Under the pieces are notes generated by a model that did no database searches, was not told where the DNA came from, and worked only from the letters and a program-made list of their open reading frames with translations. From positions 141,801,741-141,865,740 of the forward strand of contig CM041465.1 in assembly GCA_023213395.1 (NCBI GenBank): DNA of 64,000 nt, written 5' to 3'. Origin of the DNA: Cycas panzhihuaensis (Eukaryota > Plantae > Cycadophyta). Below are positions 15,401-29,476 of the stretch, piece by piece. The number at the start of each line of letters is the position of its first letter. Positions within the stretch are counted from its first letter, which is position 1. The position numbers and the translations under genes were made by a program.

Positions 15401-17008
15401 CAATCTTGTCAGAAGAATAAGCTAAGTGGGTTCATCGATTACAAGTCTTTGACTTCTCAATAGCATATAAAAAAGGTAAAGACAATGCAGTGGCAAATGC
15501 TCTTTCACGTCTCCATCCTAACGACAATGTTCCGAACCCAAGCCTCCATGCCATCAGCAACCCCCAACCCCTTTGGCTCGATGAACTATGTTTTGAAAAT
15601 CAAGCCCAGCCAGACTACCCTAATTAGAGGGAAAATGTTCTCACCCATAAAGGTTGGTCAACCTTTAACAATCATCTCATCTACCACAATCGTATCTTTA
15701 TCCATCCCTCCTCCTCATTCATCCCTAAAATCCTAACGGAATACCACTCATCCGCCCTTGGTGGCCACTCTGGCTTCGATAAGACTTATCGACAGATTCG
15801 CGCAGATTTCTTTTGGCTCCATATGAAGACTACCATATTCACCTTCGTATCAGAATGTAACACCTATCAATGAAATAAAGTAGAGACCAAACCTCTTCCT
15901 GGCCTTCTTCAACCATTAAATATTCCACAAGGTAAGTGGCAAGATATTGCCATGGACTTCATCACGGGCCTACCACCATCTGCCAGGTTTGACTCCATTT
16001 GGGTAATCATTGATCGATTAACCAAGTATTCATACTTTCCCCCAGTGCACACCTCATATTCATCCTCTCGTCTCGCTGACTTATATATCCAATTCATATT
16101 TCGCCTCCATGATTTTCCATCATCTATCGTTTGTGATCGCGACCCTAAGTTTACTAGCTCCTTTTGGCAAGAACTCTTTAAGGCTGTCGGAACCTCCTTT
16201 AACATGAGCTCTGCCTACCACCCATAAATAGATGGCCAATCTGAGGTTCTAAACAGAACTTTAGAAACTTATCTACGTTGCTTTGCTTCAGAACACCAAG
16301 CTAAGTGGACCTCATGGCTTGCCCTGGCCGAGTATTGGTATAACTCCTCCCATCATTCTGCCATTGGTATGTCCCCCTTTTTGGCTCTTTATGGCTACCA
16401 CCCACCTTCTCACCATACCCTAGCCACAAATTTTAGAACAGCTTTTATGCAACAAAAGCTTCAAGAAATGGATCAAATCTTGCATGCCCTTTGACAAAAT
16501 CTAGCTAGTTCTCGAAATCGAATGAAGCAGCTGGCAGACCGCCACCGATCTGATAGATCCTTTGATATTGGAGATCTAGTATGCCTCCACCTCCAACCTT
16601 ATAAGCAACAATCATTTAAGTCCCATCAAGGGCATAAACTAAGCCCCTGCTACTATGGCCCTTATAAGATCCTGCACAAAATTGGTGAAGTTGCTTATGC
16701 CCTTGAACTCCCCCAAACACTAATATTCATAATGTCTTCCACGTATCCTGCCTAAAGAAATACCTTGGAGCTAAAGTTACACCCCACACAACCTTTCCCA
16801 TTCTCCTCGAAGAACAAACTCTTACAGTTCCTCCTGATAAAATCCTTGCCAGTCGCCAGCGCCGCCTCTGGAATCGCACTATTTTTGAACACTTGGTACA
16901 GTGGGTCCGCTGCGATGCTGATGAAGCTACTTGGGAGTCGGAAGAGTTCATCCAGAAACATCCTCATCTCCAATGCTGCGAGGACTCAACGTCTCAGAGG
17001 GGGGGACC
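12476..17008 (+). pseudogene. Chromovirus gag-pol with stops and frameshifts (gag, protease, RT, RNase H, integrase, chromodomain)
   Basis: Gag WINKLESYF..LNGRAHHWF; protease ILIDGG; RT RLCVDYRELN and VFFDDILIYS; RNase H ECDASGFGLGAVL; integrase MDFITGLP and IVCDRDPKFTS; chromodomain HLVQWVRCDADEATWE at ~16885-16940. Confidence 0.95.
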
Positions 17009-17385
17009 TGTAACATAACCTCACCTTTCCTTAGCAAGAGGAAACCACCAACAAGTAAGGATGGACCGCTAAGTCATCCAATAAGATGTAAGGCCGCTAG
17101 GGCCACCAATAGAGTTATGTGTATGGACCGCTAAGTCGTCTAATAAGATGTAAGGCCGCTAGGACCACCAATAGAATCATTAAGGAGGAAGACCCTTACT
17201 TGTGTATTTAAAGGGTTAAACTACTCATAATGTTATTGGGTATGATATCTTGAAAGGAGAAAGTACTTCGGTACTCATTTTGGTGACTTATTTTCTGTGA
17301 TTTGTTTGTGCATTCGTGTTATTTAGCTTCAATTTCTACTAATTATCAATTCTACGAGCCCCGATTGCTGAGAAGGAATGGTCCA
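17009..17385 (+). repeat. 3' LTR of chromovirus
   Basis: Preceded by PPT, followed by TSD ATATC. Confidence 0.97.
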
Positions 17386-20300
17386 ATATCTCTATACCTT
17401 TAATCATATAAATACCAATACTTAAAGTAAAATTAAAATCACAAGCTTAGACTTGACTATTATAGTTTATACAAAATCCTTTAGTATATTGGAAAAGTTT
17501 CTTATGCCCTCAAACTCCTCTTTAACATCAAAACTCATAATGTTTTCCACATTTTCTACCTCAAAAAGTACCTCGATAAATCCACTGCCTCCTAAACTAT
17601 CCTCCCTATTCTTAATTAAGAACAAGATCTCACTATTTCTCATGGTTATATCTTGGCCAAATATCAACACCTCTATGGAAGAACTATAAAGGATGAACGT
17701 CTTATTAAAATATGGTGTAGTGTATGTAGGGGCTAAAATAAGCACTTACCTAAGTTTATTGAAGGAAATTGAGGCATTAGGGGTCTAGACACAAGGAACT
17801 CCCTTTTCTAGGAGATTCATGAGTGGTTTGTAATTTAAAGTAAAATTTACTAGAAAATAATAGACAAAGCTAAGTTTCCCACTGAAAGCTAGTTCTCAAG
17901 AGAGATTTAGATTTGGTTGTACCTTAACAAACCATCTATTAATAATATAACCGAAAATCTCCTTGTCCTCTTAATGATTTAATCTATAAATAATGAGGAG
18001 AAATTATATTTAGGGTAAGTGCTATTAATATACTTAAAAATAAGATAATTTTATATCATACCCTTCTTCTTTATAATTGGGACTAGGTTGGAGATGTAAT
18101 ATGGATAATAAATGGATTTTATTAGGCTAGTGTTAAATCGCATTTCAACCCCTATATTCATTTTGGCTAAAAATTTGGTGTAGATAGGGCATTTCTTTTA
18201 CCTAATAAACTTACTACTTGAGAGTACCATAAGATTATGAGTGATAATATTTAGATCAATACCCATGATATCTATATAATCCAAAGTAAAGATATCTTAG
18301 AACTCTTGAAAGAGTTCTATGTATTTGGAAATCTCCTTGGGACTACATTTTGACCTTTCTTTAAGGAACTTACCCTCAACTATGTGAATATAAATGGTCT
18401 CACACATAAGAATAGCATGCATATCCTTAAAGTGAGGTGTTGCCTCCTAAATAAGGCAAATTTAGCTTTTATTAGGTGAATTTAGGTTAGCTAAGTGAGG
18501 ACCAAGGGTCAAGCATTTTTTAAACCTTAACTTGTGGAGATTTAAGGGGAGATAAAGGGTACTATTGGCTAGGTGTTCAAGAAGTGCTTTATCATTTTCA
18601 AAGTAATCAAGCTCCTAAATGGTTTTGGCCCTCATTGGGATCATAAGTGGCATTTTGAGACTATTTTGTAAATTATAAGGCCTCCTCAAAGAAGTTATCA
18701 TGATGTTGAGGCCTCTTACCCCTAAAAAGGTATTTGATGAGGTTAGTCATTGGTTATAAAAAAGGTTTAAGAGCCTTATATATAGGATGTAAGGAAGGAT
18801 TACACCTTAAGGACTTATTATAAGATGTAAAATAGTCAGAATTAGAGTTAAATAGGGTAAGAGCTTGGGGGGTAGAGACATACATATTTACAAAGTTAGT
18901 ATCCATTCAAACTTGGCCTAACATGTGTAATATATGTGCTAATTCTTTATCATCTTAACTTAGAGGAGTATGAGATCATGTCAACTCATATATAAATTAA
19001 GTTATGAGTGTGACTACTATATGGTTGGCAAAATATGTATTTTGAAATATATAGATTTTTATTTTAATGTATTTATATGCATGTGAGAACATTGACACTC
19101 ATGTTGGAGTATATTAACACTAATGATAGTTTATGCTCTTTGACAGTTTAAATTTTTAAAGTTATAGTTTATTCTCACTATGGAGAGGGTCATAGTTTAT
19201 GCTTATTATTGTGCTTATGTTCTAATTATTGGCAATAAAGAATTTTCATATAAAGGAATCTTACACTACCAAATTCCTTACATAATATATTTTGAACATT
19301 AACAAAGACTAATTTGATATTGTGGTGGAGAGAGGGGTAAGAAAGTAGGTCAATATTCCCATCAGAAATGTGTCCACTATTAGATGACCCTTTAGGATAT
19401 GAAGGTATAGGAGTAAGTCCAAATGGAGACTATAATTAAGGTATTTGAAAAGGTTGAGGATTGTTGTAAGAATAAGGGAGTGTTGGAGGATGAGATGCCC
19501 CTCTTATGATTTAGCAAATCAACTTGAGGGGACAAACCATGCCCTATTTATATTACTTGCATTACTTGTGTTTTTAAAATACTAGATATTGATGATATCA
19601 TTGACACAAGTAGATCAATATCAATTGCTTAGTTTTAATCATGTAAGATTCTAGGCTAAATATTAACATCTATATTCATTACTTGAGATTATTAGACAAA
19701 AGAAAAAGATGATGTAGAAGATGCTCAAGGCATGGCCTAGCCAAAATATTTAGGTCATGACTATAAGATAGGAATAGGGCCAACTAAACTTGGTAAAATT
19801 GGATCTTTATTTTCCAAAGCTTATACTATGAAAGTGATAGAAGCCTAATCAAAGGAGTGAAAGGATGATTATGTGGGACTTATGAGTAGGTTATGAGTAT
19901 TTTCTAAGAAGAGTGGGGAACATACCAATGGTTGAGTGAGAGGGAGAGAGTTAGATAAAGTAGTTAATAATACTTAAACCAACTTCAACTTTTGGCAAAG
20001 GTGAAGTAGTTGGAGAAAATGTACTTTCCCTAAAGAATATTTTCTATAATAACTTTTTCAATAGGAGGATCAAAGCTATTTATTATAGTACAAGAGATTT
20101 TAGAAGGAATTTTAGGTTTTTATGAGAATGATGCCACAAAAGAGAAACTTAATTATGTAAAGTGAATATAAATGGATGAATAAAGGGAAATAAAAATACA
20201 AAGGTAAAGGATATAAAAGATTGTCCATTCTAAAGAGAGATTGAAAAGGCAAGCTCCTTGTATGATTTCCATAGTGATGAAAATCATAGTACAATTAATC

Positions 20301-20444
20301 ACATTCCCAAATATAGTTACCAAAATATTTTCTTAGGAAAGGAGCTTAATTCTTCTAATCAAAAGAAATACCTACAATAAAAGTACATCCTAGAATAAAG
20401 AAATAAAACTCACTATATAAGGTACACGTGTTCCTATGGGTGAT

Positions 20445-20448
<4 letters not shown>

Positions 20449-20515
<67 letters not shown>

Positions 20516-20517
20516 TA
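20449..20517. repeat. Compound (TA)n(GATA)n microsatellite
   Basis: Direct reading. Confidence 0.95.
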
Positions 20518-21102
20518 TAATTTTTCTCTTAGTAAGGGTTTCTGGGATTTTTTATCGTAGCCTCTTATTATTTCCTTTGCTAAAATGATCAAACCAAATA
20601 TATGAGTGTCTCTTTCCTAGTTTATTTCTTGAAGATGGATATTTGTTGATGATAATTTCTTACTATGGTGCCCAAAATATTTTCTTCTTTCTAATCTTCT
20701 TTCTATAAAATAATGTCAAAAGAGAATTGTTACCAATCACCCGTTAACCATTAGTGTGGGAAATTCCAAAAGGAAGCCTAGATGAGAATGAAAAAGGGAT
20801 TGCATCAAGATTTAAATTAGGTTTTATATGAGTGTGGTTAATAGACATTTAATAAATCATTCAAGGAAAAAAGTAAATAAGAAAAAAATATAAAAATGTG
20901 AAATGTAACATGTTATAAACCTAAGTTCGTAACTTGAAGGTAAAATCCCAAATGGAAGAAGAGAGTGCATGAGTATAAATAAATACATAAAGTGTTTAAT
21001 AGTAGACCAAATAATTAATTAATAAATTAATGATGATACATATTACATTGGATCTGTGTATGCACACATACACACACACACACATATTCATCTCTTAATA
21101 AA

Positions 21103-24100
21103 TATTACAATTAGAAATGTAAACTATACAACAAACATCTAATGGTGAGTGAATGATAAACAACAAAATACAAGAGAAATGAAGTATATATAACATGAAC
21201 ACTTTATATGGAGAATTGGCCAAAACTTAATTACATAGAATGAAGAGTACATACTTATAATACATGCTCATCACTAGTGAGAGAACCCTATTGGTTGACT
21301 TAGAGGTGACACACATATCTAGGTGGCCCACAACCTCTAATATAAAATACAAACAAATGAATAGAGAGAGTTTACATAGGGTTAATATATGTAATTGGTT
21401 ATTACACCCAATATTCCCCCCTGTAATAGTCAATTAGATAAAATATTATCACATTAAATGATAAGCTCAACTCTTAAAAAGTATGCTAGATCATAAATAT
21501 TGCTGCCCATGAATAAAAAGTTGCTGATGTCCATATGAAGTAGAGTCCATCTACCACTGTAACTACTAGTTGGGTAGGAACTCCATTTGTGTACATGGAT
21601 CAATATATAGCTAGCAAGGATAGCTGAAAAAAGGTATTACCCCTTGCTCATATGGGAGTGTAAGCAAAAAAATATATAAATGGCATATGGCTCATGGAAC
21701 ATAGTAAGCAAGAGTAGCTTTAAAAGTATGTCCCACCTCTTGATAAATATGACTATCACTTCTTTGATATCTAATGGCCGAAAATACAATGGGCACTATG
21801 GCCTAAAATTTACCACATGGGCTAAAGGATGCCTCTTTGGGCTATACAACTTGCCACCATGGGCAAAATAACCAGCAATAGATGTTTTTACATGACTTAA
21901 AATGATAGATGTGACTCGAGTAAAGCATACATGACTCTCTCTTATATAAGAGTATAAAATAAACTCAATGGATTCTTTAATAGCAAAAAAATAAGACCAT
22001 GGCACATGTTATCCCCCCATTTGGGGTACACCACATCATAAAGCCTTAAAAATGTAATATGTATCTGAAGAAGCTAAGAAAAAATGAAGAAGAATATAAA
22101 TATGCGACTTTGAACTAATATTTATCCATGGAAATAACTCTGAAATATGTCAAATGACCTCTCAAATGAAAGGTCTCTCTATTATGGATCCAACATAACA
22201 AGCAACACTGAGAACAAAGATATATAACTTAAGATATTATTAAAAATATTAAGAGAACTCTATGAAAAACTAAAAATAGGCATTAAGCACCTTTTAGTTT
22301 CTAGTAGCTAGTCATATATAAATCTCATGTGACCTGGGGCTAAGAGATAAGGGGCTAATTAGACCCAAAATAATTATACAATCTAAATAATTTTAATTTT
22401 TTGAACGAGAAAAAAAATAAACTCCTTTCAATAGAGTTTGATATCTACCATCGATAATATACATAAAAAATATAATAATATAACCCTAAAAGATCAGGGT
22501 TTCACCATTTTTGCATATGTGTGTTATAGGGACACTACCAATGCTCAATGTTACAGGTTGCCATGTATTTGAGGCAGGTATACAATTGGATTTATATCCT
22601 TTGTGGGCAATAGAGAATGACCAAGGCTTAACAACTTTGATCTGAAGGGATTTGACTATGCTCTTTCTATCTTCGAGGACTCCCAAATATGACTATAAGC
22701 TCTTATAAAAATTCATCATGTTGTTATCTTGGCAAGCTTGTCTAGGCATATTATAAGCATATCCATGTAATTGTATTCTATATTCTTTTGAATTTCTTGT
22801 AGTTTTGGGTCAGCGTAGAGGGTTCCAAGGATCTATGTTCACCATTATATGCTCGATCAGCTACCATATATTTTGGGATGTAGGGTTTGAATGCACGATG
22901 AATGTGAATGCACTAATGGAAGTTCCTATCTCTAGCAATATCAAATCAAATATTCCCAAGTGTTAAACTAATCCATCCTTGGTAATGGATTTATCTGCAA
23001 TAGTAACTATCTTAACACAGAGGGATGCTCTACTGACTTGTACGAACCATGGATTTTCTTTCCTCCTATCTACCATCCTACGATATTGTAGAACATGGCA
23101 AGAACTAGAATCTGCCTTCAACATGCTTCTTCTGATTAGTGACGTATTTTCTAATTCTATCCATCCTTTGTACATGCTAAATCCATATCATCTACGAATT
23201 GACAAAGGTCTCTAAGTTTGGTATTGGCATTCTTCTACGTATTTGCATCGAGTGAAAACAGCCATAGATGGTAGCTCCACATCCTAGTTTTGTCAACACA
23301 CCCAACTCTGAGTCTTCAACCAACCCCAATGGTTTGTTTTTAATCATCTCGTCCTCCAGTGATTCATACACCACAAAATTTAGTCCAACATATGGAACCA
23401 CTCTAATTATAGATGGTAACCAACCTTTACATAAAGCTTTTGGGCCTTCCTCATGCAAGACAGTGGACAATGCATGAAACATACCATGATATTAATGGGG
23501 AGAGTTTTCTGTCTGAATAGTTAGTCTCCCACGAACTATGTTAATGAATTCAGCTTCAAGAAAAGCTGTGGGTGAACCTAGAAAACATCATCCACCATAT
23601 CCTGAAAGCTCTTTATCTATAGTTACATCAATAGTCCCACAAATATGGTAATTGGCTACTTACCATGCTTACCAACATACAAATTTAGGATACTCCTTTT
23701 TCTTTTATTTTATTTTTCGAAAATACATAAGAGAATAAGATAGATTTTAGAGGCCTTAAATACAAAATTTTTAAACATAAGGAGAGTACATATTAGCAAT
23801 AGAAAAAAAATATGACCTTGTTCACATGTAAAGCTACAAACTCTTTTAAAATAAAAGTCACTTCTAGCCTCTGGATAGCAAGAAGGACTCATGCAACTAC
23901 TACCAACAATTCCTATTACATTATTGTCCACTTATTTGTAAAGGAAATGTTCATCGAGTAATTGAAATCTACATAAGAAATTGCTGTGGACTTTCAGTTG
24001 CATGCAATATTATTATGGTGCCACATGCGTAGAAGATGTCCACTTAAGCAGCTTTAACATGCTTCAAATAGCTACAAAAACTTCAAATGAGCTTGAAAAT

Positions 24101-24626
24101 AGCCTCACATCAACATCAAAATAGCCCCTCAAAATTTGATAATAGTCCCATAACAAAAATATGTATAAGATATAACTTGAAATGATCTTCAACTGACTAA
24201 GTCATAAAGCAGACACATCAAAAAATTTACAAGGCTTAAAGGATCAAAACAAGTATAGCATGTACTAGGGTTTATAATGGTGTTCTTAAGGATTGAACCT
24301 TGGGCTCTGATACCATGTTAGAATTAGAAATGCAAACTATATAACAAACATCTAATGGTGAGTGAATGATAAACAATAAAGTACAAGAGAAATGAAGTAT
24401 GTATAACATGAACACCTTATATGGAGAATTAGCCAAAACTCAATTAGAGAGAATGAATAGTACATACTTATACTACATGCTCACCACTAGTGAGAGAACC
24501 CCATTGGTCAACTTAGAGGTGGCATACATATTTAGGTGGCCCATAACCTCTAATATAAAATACAAACAAATGAATAGAGAGAGTTTACATAGGGTCAATG
24601 TATGTAATTAGGTATTACACCCAACA
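21103..24626 (-). mobile_element. Non-autonomous LTR retroelement (family A, copy 1) carrying host cDNA cargo
   Basis: 311-bp LTRs at 21103-21413 and 24316-24626 (~27 mismatches counted). PBS (gctctgatacca on +) at 24304-24315; PPT (ttcccccc on +) at 21414-21421; TSD ATAAA on both sides; no gag/pol recognisable. Confidence 0.93.
23223..23542 (-). pseudogene. ADNT1: Captured intron-less fragment of mitochondrial adenine nucleotide transporter (ADNT1-like carrier)
   Basis: VRGRLTIQTENSPH*YHGMFHALSTVLHEEGPKALCKGWLPSIIRVVPYVGLNFVVYESL...LGVLTKLGCGA...IRRRM matches plant ADNT1; continuous across ~100 codons. Confidence 0.88.
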
Positions 24627-25110
24627 ATAAATGGATGCAACCATTCAAATATGTCATTTGATAATGATTATATAATTAATCATTATTAATTAGGGTCATA
24701 ATAATACCCTCTTATTAAAATGATGTACCCACAAATCATATTTTAAAATGATAGATTGATATTACCTGTTATTTATAAGAGGATGCCATAATCATTTGTG
24801 TGTTTTATTGAGTCATAATTATCAAAACTTTAAATAATGAGAAATATAAAGACAAGGGAAAACTTGGACACATTGATGCTATTATAAATTAGTTAGAATC
24901 CTTTGACATGTATCAACTTAAATATTATTAGATTTCTCTTTGCTCTATTTTATTATCTAAAGCTTATTGTAAAGGTATGCTGCATTTGGCTTTGACTTTA
25001 ACTTTTAGATCGATATCTAGTTGTGAATGGCTACAATTTCTAAAATTATTAAATATACTTTTATAAAATGTTATTGTTGGTGTTATTACTCTATAGTATC
25101 TTTGAAGGTA

Positions 25111-25464
25111 TGTTGGACTAATTGTCATATCTTAGGGATTGTTTACATGCACTAACTACCACCTTGAGCCCTAGGACTAACTGCCTTATGGGGTGTTTAG
25201 ATATAGGATTTGTATCGGATACTAACACCTTGAAGTTTTGATGTAACGGTAATCTTAACATGGTATGAGAGCCTTACCCTAGGATCAATTCCCCTAAGTA
25301 ATGCTAGAGGGGGGTGTTGGACTAATGACTACATCTCATGGATTATTTATATGGACTAACTGCCACACTGGGCCCTATGACTAATTGCCCTATGGGATAT
25401 TTAGATACGAGATTCGTATCAAACACTAACACCTTAAGGTTTTAATGTAATGACAATCTTAATA
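25111..25464 (+). mobile_element. TRIM (terminal-repeat retrotransposon in miniature), 354 bp
   Basis: 150-bp direct repeats at 25111-25260 and 25315-25464. PBS TGGTATGAGAGCC at 25261; PPT agagggggg at 25306-25314; 54-bp interior; TSD AGGTA on both sides. Confidence 0.93.
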
Positions 25465-28126
25465 AGGTATAAGATTTTATATTGGTTAAGAAATGTTATT
25501 GTCATTACTTGGCTCTTGTAAAATTGTTTAGGGGACGTGAACATCACCATTAGCATTAGTAACTTTTCTACTATATACTAAATAACCCTTAGATTATAAA
25601 TTGGTATATACTCTTTTAGGAATGGCACAAAGCTTTTTTCCTTATTCTTATTTCCTATTATTTATTATTTTTTTCTTTCTTAATGCTCAAATTATACATT
25701 GGGACTATGATTTCCCTTTTGAACTACTTACAGTTTGTAGACCCTTTTTCCTTTGGTGTTGTATGATTTTGCACTTTATTATCCTTTAATATAGATGTGT
25801 CATCCTCATATACCTACCTTACAAATTTCTCTATATGTTTTTTATGTATATAGGATAATGGAGTATATATCCATTTATTTGTTGAAGTAGTTATTGGTCT
25901 ATGTAAAGGAGAGTCCCTATTTTGGGGTTGTTGGGTAAGGATAGATGTGGTGCAGTCAAGTTTAGTTAATGATATTCCTTCCATTTCTAATCTAGAGCAG
26001 AATTTGGAAGTGTGAAGATAAATGGTTGATGTTACACACTATTGGGCTACTCATGTGGATTGTTTTATAGTAGATATGAGTTGTCGAACATTATTAGGCA
26101 TTGGTATTATGATTTGGTTACTTGTTACATGGTGTACACCACTATTGGGAACTTGATCTAGGGTTTGGAAATATTAGAGGATGGTTAGGCACCTCCTACC
26201 TATTATTTTATCTCTTTAAACATAATTATAGTTATTAATAAATATGTACCAACTTTATAGTTGCTTTTAGAGAGTTAAGAATTGAGTTTTGTATTTATTA
26301 AAAACCTTAGCAATGTGTTGGGTAGATCTGGCAACTTGTTAGGCACCTAACAATTGTATTTTTCTCATTTTATGATAATTTTTAATAAAAATAGATGTTG
26401 TTGTTAGATTCCTAACATCAATAAACCCTGATAAGGTGTTATTTAGACCATTTGATTGCTTAGAATAAGCATAAGAACTATTGGAATACTCATAGAAGTT
26501 ATGTAAGTCATGAGACGTTAAAATTCAATATTGAAATTTATTTTTTTAATATTAGATTATAACATTAAAGTATTTTGGAATGTGGTGTAAAGTCCACAAG
26601 CCTCCGAGATTCGTCATATCATATTTTCAAAGTGACTGAAGGTGTTTATGATAGGGGCTTTTTTTAATTTTTTGGCTTAATTTTCATTTTTTCATGACCT
26701 ATTGGTAGTGTTTCCTCTATTACTTTTCATTAGGGTGCTAGATTGAGGTTTCATTTATTCCATTAGATTCCTTACTTCAACATGATTAAAATAAATGGTT
26801 GCATAACTTATTTCAAGCTTTTTAAGGATATTTTAATGGAAAAACTTGATGCTTTCATAATGAAGCATTTAAAAGGGTTCCTTTTAGGCGAAATTTTAGG
26901 CATGGTTTAGTCTACATATGTTTAACATAGTTTTGATGAAAACCTATGAGTTGTATATGGTTAATATATTGAACTTTATCATATTATAGTGCAAGTATGC
27001 TTTGGATGGACTAGGAGACATGTTCATATTTGAAATTTTTTTTGATAGCTACAATGGTTGTCTGAAGGTCTTATGAATAGGTTGTTGAATAGCCCATATT
27101 CTTTGCTCATTTTAGAGCTAAAGATAAGCATGCATAAGGAAAGCACACTTTAGTGGAGAAGTTGATGAACAATATATTCAAAAAGCATCTTAAAGCATTG
27201 GTAGGTATAACAATTGGTTACCTGTGTGTACTAGTAGATGGTTGTCTCTTCATATGGGTCCTAACTTATGACATGAATTAAATCTTATAAGGGAGATTAT
27301 TAGGGTATAATATTAAATTTATGTGTTAACTATCCCTCATGTTGACCAAGGGATACACATCTTTGAGGCACTCTTAATAGGTAGGCTATATTAAGAGTCA
27401 TGTTATTGGTTCAAAGGTTGTTATAGAGGCTCACTATTACGATTGCCCTATAAAGAGGTCATTGTTACTATATATATACTTATCATTAATGCAAATCCCT
27501 TAAGGGATATATATTCTTCCACTATTTCTATTTACATATTTTTCATAGTACAAGGTAATTTAATCTCTTTGTTTATGCTTTATGAATGGTTTAGTTTTTT
27601 TTTTCTAATAATTACTTATAGGGAAAATGATTTATAGCTTGATGTATTAAGCTATCTTACATCGCCCTTATACACATAAACATATACACACATATACATG
27701 TGTGTGTGTGTTATGCATACACGTATGTGCACGCATATGTGCAAGGACGATATGAGGTAACTAAATACATGAAGCTATGAGTCATTCACCCTACGAGTAA
27801 TTACTTGTGTGATGAGAGCCCACTTATCCTTAATATATCTATATTATGTTAGACGAGAGGCTATTTATTAGGTTGTAAAATTTATGTAGAATATAGGGTA
27901 TCCAATGCAGGGAGTAATATATTGATAATATGGGTATTAATATATTTATATTATAGGCTAACCATTTGACTATGCTTCACCATATATTTCATCAAATAGA
28001 TGATGTTTATATCTACCCTTGTGATGCTTCGTAGGTCTATTAGGCATGGGATAGTTTATATGATTATATTATTTATAAGGTCAATATAGTAGTGTCTCAA
28101 TGTTATTATTACTCCTAATGCACTAC

Positions 28127-28132
28127 ACACAC

Positions 28133-28177
<45 letters not shown>
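28127..28177. repeat. Compound (CA)/(CT)n/(TA)n microsatellite
   Basis: Direct reading. Confidence 0.9.
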
Positions 28178-28178
<1 letters not shown>

Positions 28179-28810
28179 AATAATAGCCACGTTCATGCAC
28201 ATGTTTCATGGTGACTAAGTACATTGATATCCTAAATATATTATTAAAACACACACACATAGATAGATAAATAGATATTGCTTACAACTTATATTTATGA
28301 TATTATAATGAATGAATATGTAAAGGGAGGGTTGCCACTAATACTCTCACCCACGAAATAATGGTGTATATGCATAGATTGCTAGATTTAAAGTGGTGGC
28401 TCAAAATGTATATATAATATAGATTATTATGCTAGCCAGACTAATACAAAAGTGGGGATTTTTAATGATTATACAATATTATAAAGAGAACATTTTATGG
28501 AGAGCATAGGCATCTAACACTAAGAAATGACATTATATGACAATGAAGATGCTTATGGAGCATTGAAATTAAGAGGGTATAATTGGGAAAATGATATTGA
28601 AGATAGGAAATTTATTTAGGTTATGTTTTCAACATTGGTTTAGCTGTAATTACATGAAATACGAAGAAATGGTTGATAATTTCCTTATCTATAGTTAAAA
28701 CATAGTACAAAGTAGTTGTAGCAATAAATCGTGAAGGACTATGGCTCAAAAGGGTAGTATAAGATCTACATCAAACTCATATTAGACCAATAATAATTCA
28801 TTATAACAGT

Positions 28811-28890
28811 CAGAGTACAATTCATATGACAAAAAACCCAATTTTACATAGAAGAATAAAACACATCGAGATCACATATCATTACATCTG
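28811..28890 (+). pseudogene. Ty1/copia RNase H remnant
   Basis: Translates QSTIHMTKNPILHRRIKHIEITYHYI, matching the copia motif SAIxxxxNPxxHxRTKHIxxxYH. Confidence 0.7.
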
Positions 28891-29476
28891 GTTGCTAGTA
28901 TAAGAAGGATATATTAAACTACTTTATTATAAAATTAAAGATCAAGTTGCAAATATTTTTACAAAAGCATAATCTAAGATCGAGCATAGTTAGTTCAAAA
29001 AAAATTGGGTGTTCTCCTAAATGTGAATTATGGGGGAAGTATTGAAGAAATCTTTGGAGAAAATACATGATAATACACATTTGTGAATTATGTGATGTTG
29101 GCAAAATAATTTGGTCCCCACACAAAAGCAAATTTGTATTATAAATATACTTGTATTTTATTATTTTATAATCAATAAAATATTGAGGTCTCAAATGATA
29201 CCATTTTGATCCTAGTATGTTATTCTTTATGTTATTTTTATTGTTTATTTTACACTGGTATGTTCCTCCATAACTTTTATAAATGTATCTCTAAAACTAA
29301 TAAATGTCTTATTTATATAATTAATGGTCTATTTTATTTTCTAAACATGGGAATTAAAATCTCATATCTTGACAACTAAATCATTCATGTTGGCCACATA
29401 TTATTGTTTTATTTCACTCTTAAGAGCCTCACTTTGAACACTTTACTTTAATTGCTTTGAAATTATATCAATCTAT

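Larger units (their letters stand above)
11044..17385 (+). mobile_element. Full-length Ty3/gypsy chromovirus (Reina-like size, 6.3 kb)
   Basis: 377-bp TG..CA LTRs at 11044-11420 and 17009-17385 (~15 mismatches counted, all transitions). PBS TGGTATCAGAGCC at 11423; PPT agagggggggac at ~16996-17007; perfect TSD ATATC on both sides. Confidence 0.97.
7870..17720 (+). mobile_element. Old, heavily decayed Ty3/gypsy chromovirus (gag-PR-RT-RH-INT remnants), split by the younger element at 11044-17385
   Basis: 8400-11043 is colinear with the pol of the young element (e.g. ttaagaacttaataaaatcac ~ RELNKIT; tttgatgacttactcatttatag ~ FDDILIYS; aaatggaaagacattgccatggaattt ~ KWxDIAMDF). It resumes at 17391 with integrase C-terminal sequence. 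Outer ends are approximate. Confidence 0.8.

Noticed and set aside
12487-17134. Multiple minus-strand and alternate-frame ORFs over the chromovirus
   Set aside because: Shadows of the gag-pol reading frame with no independent motifs.
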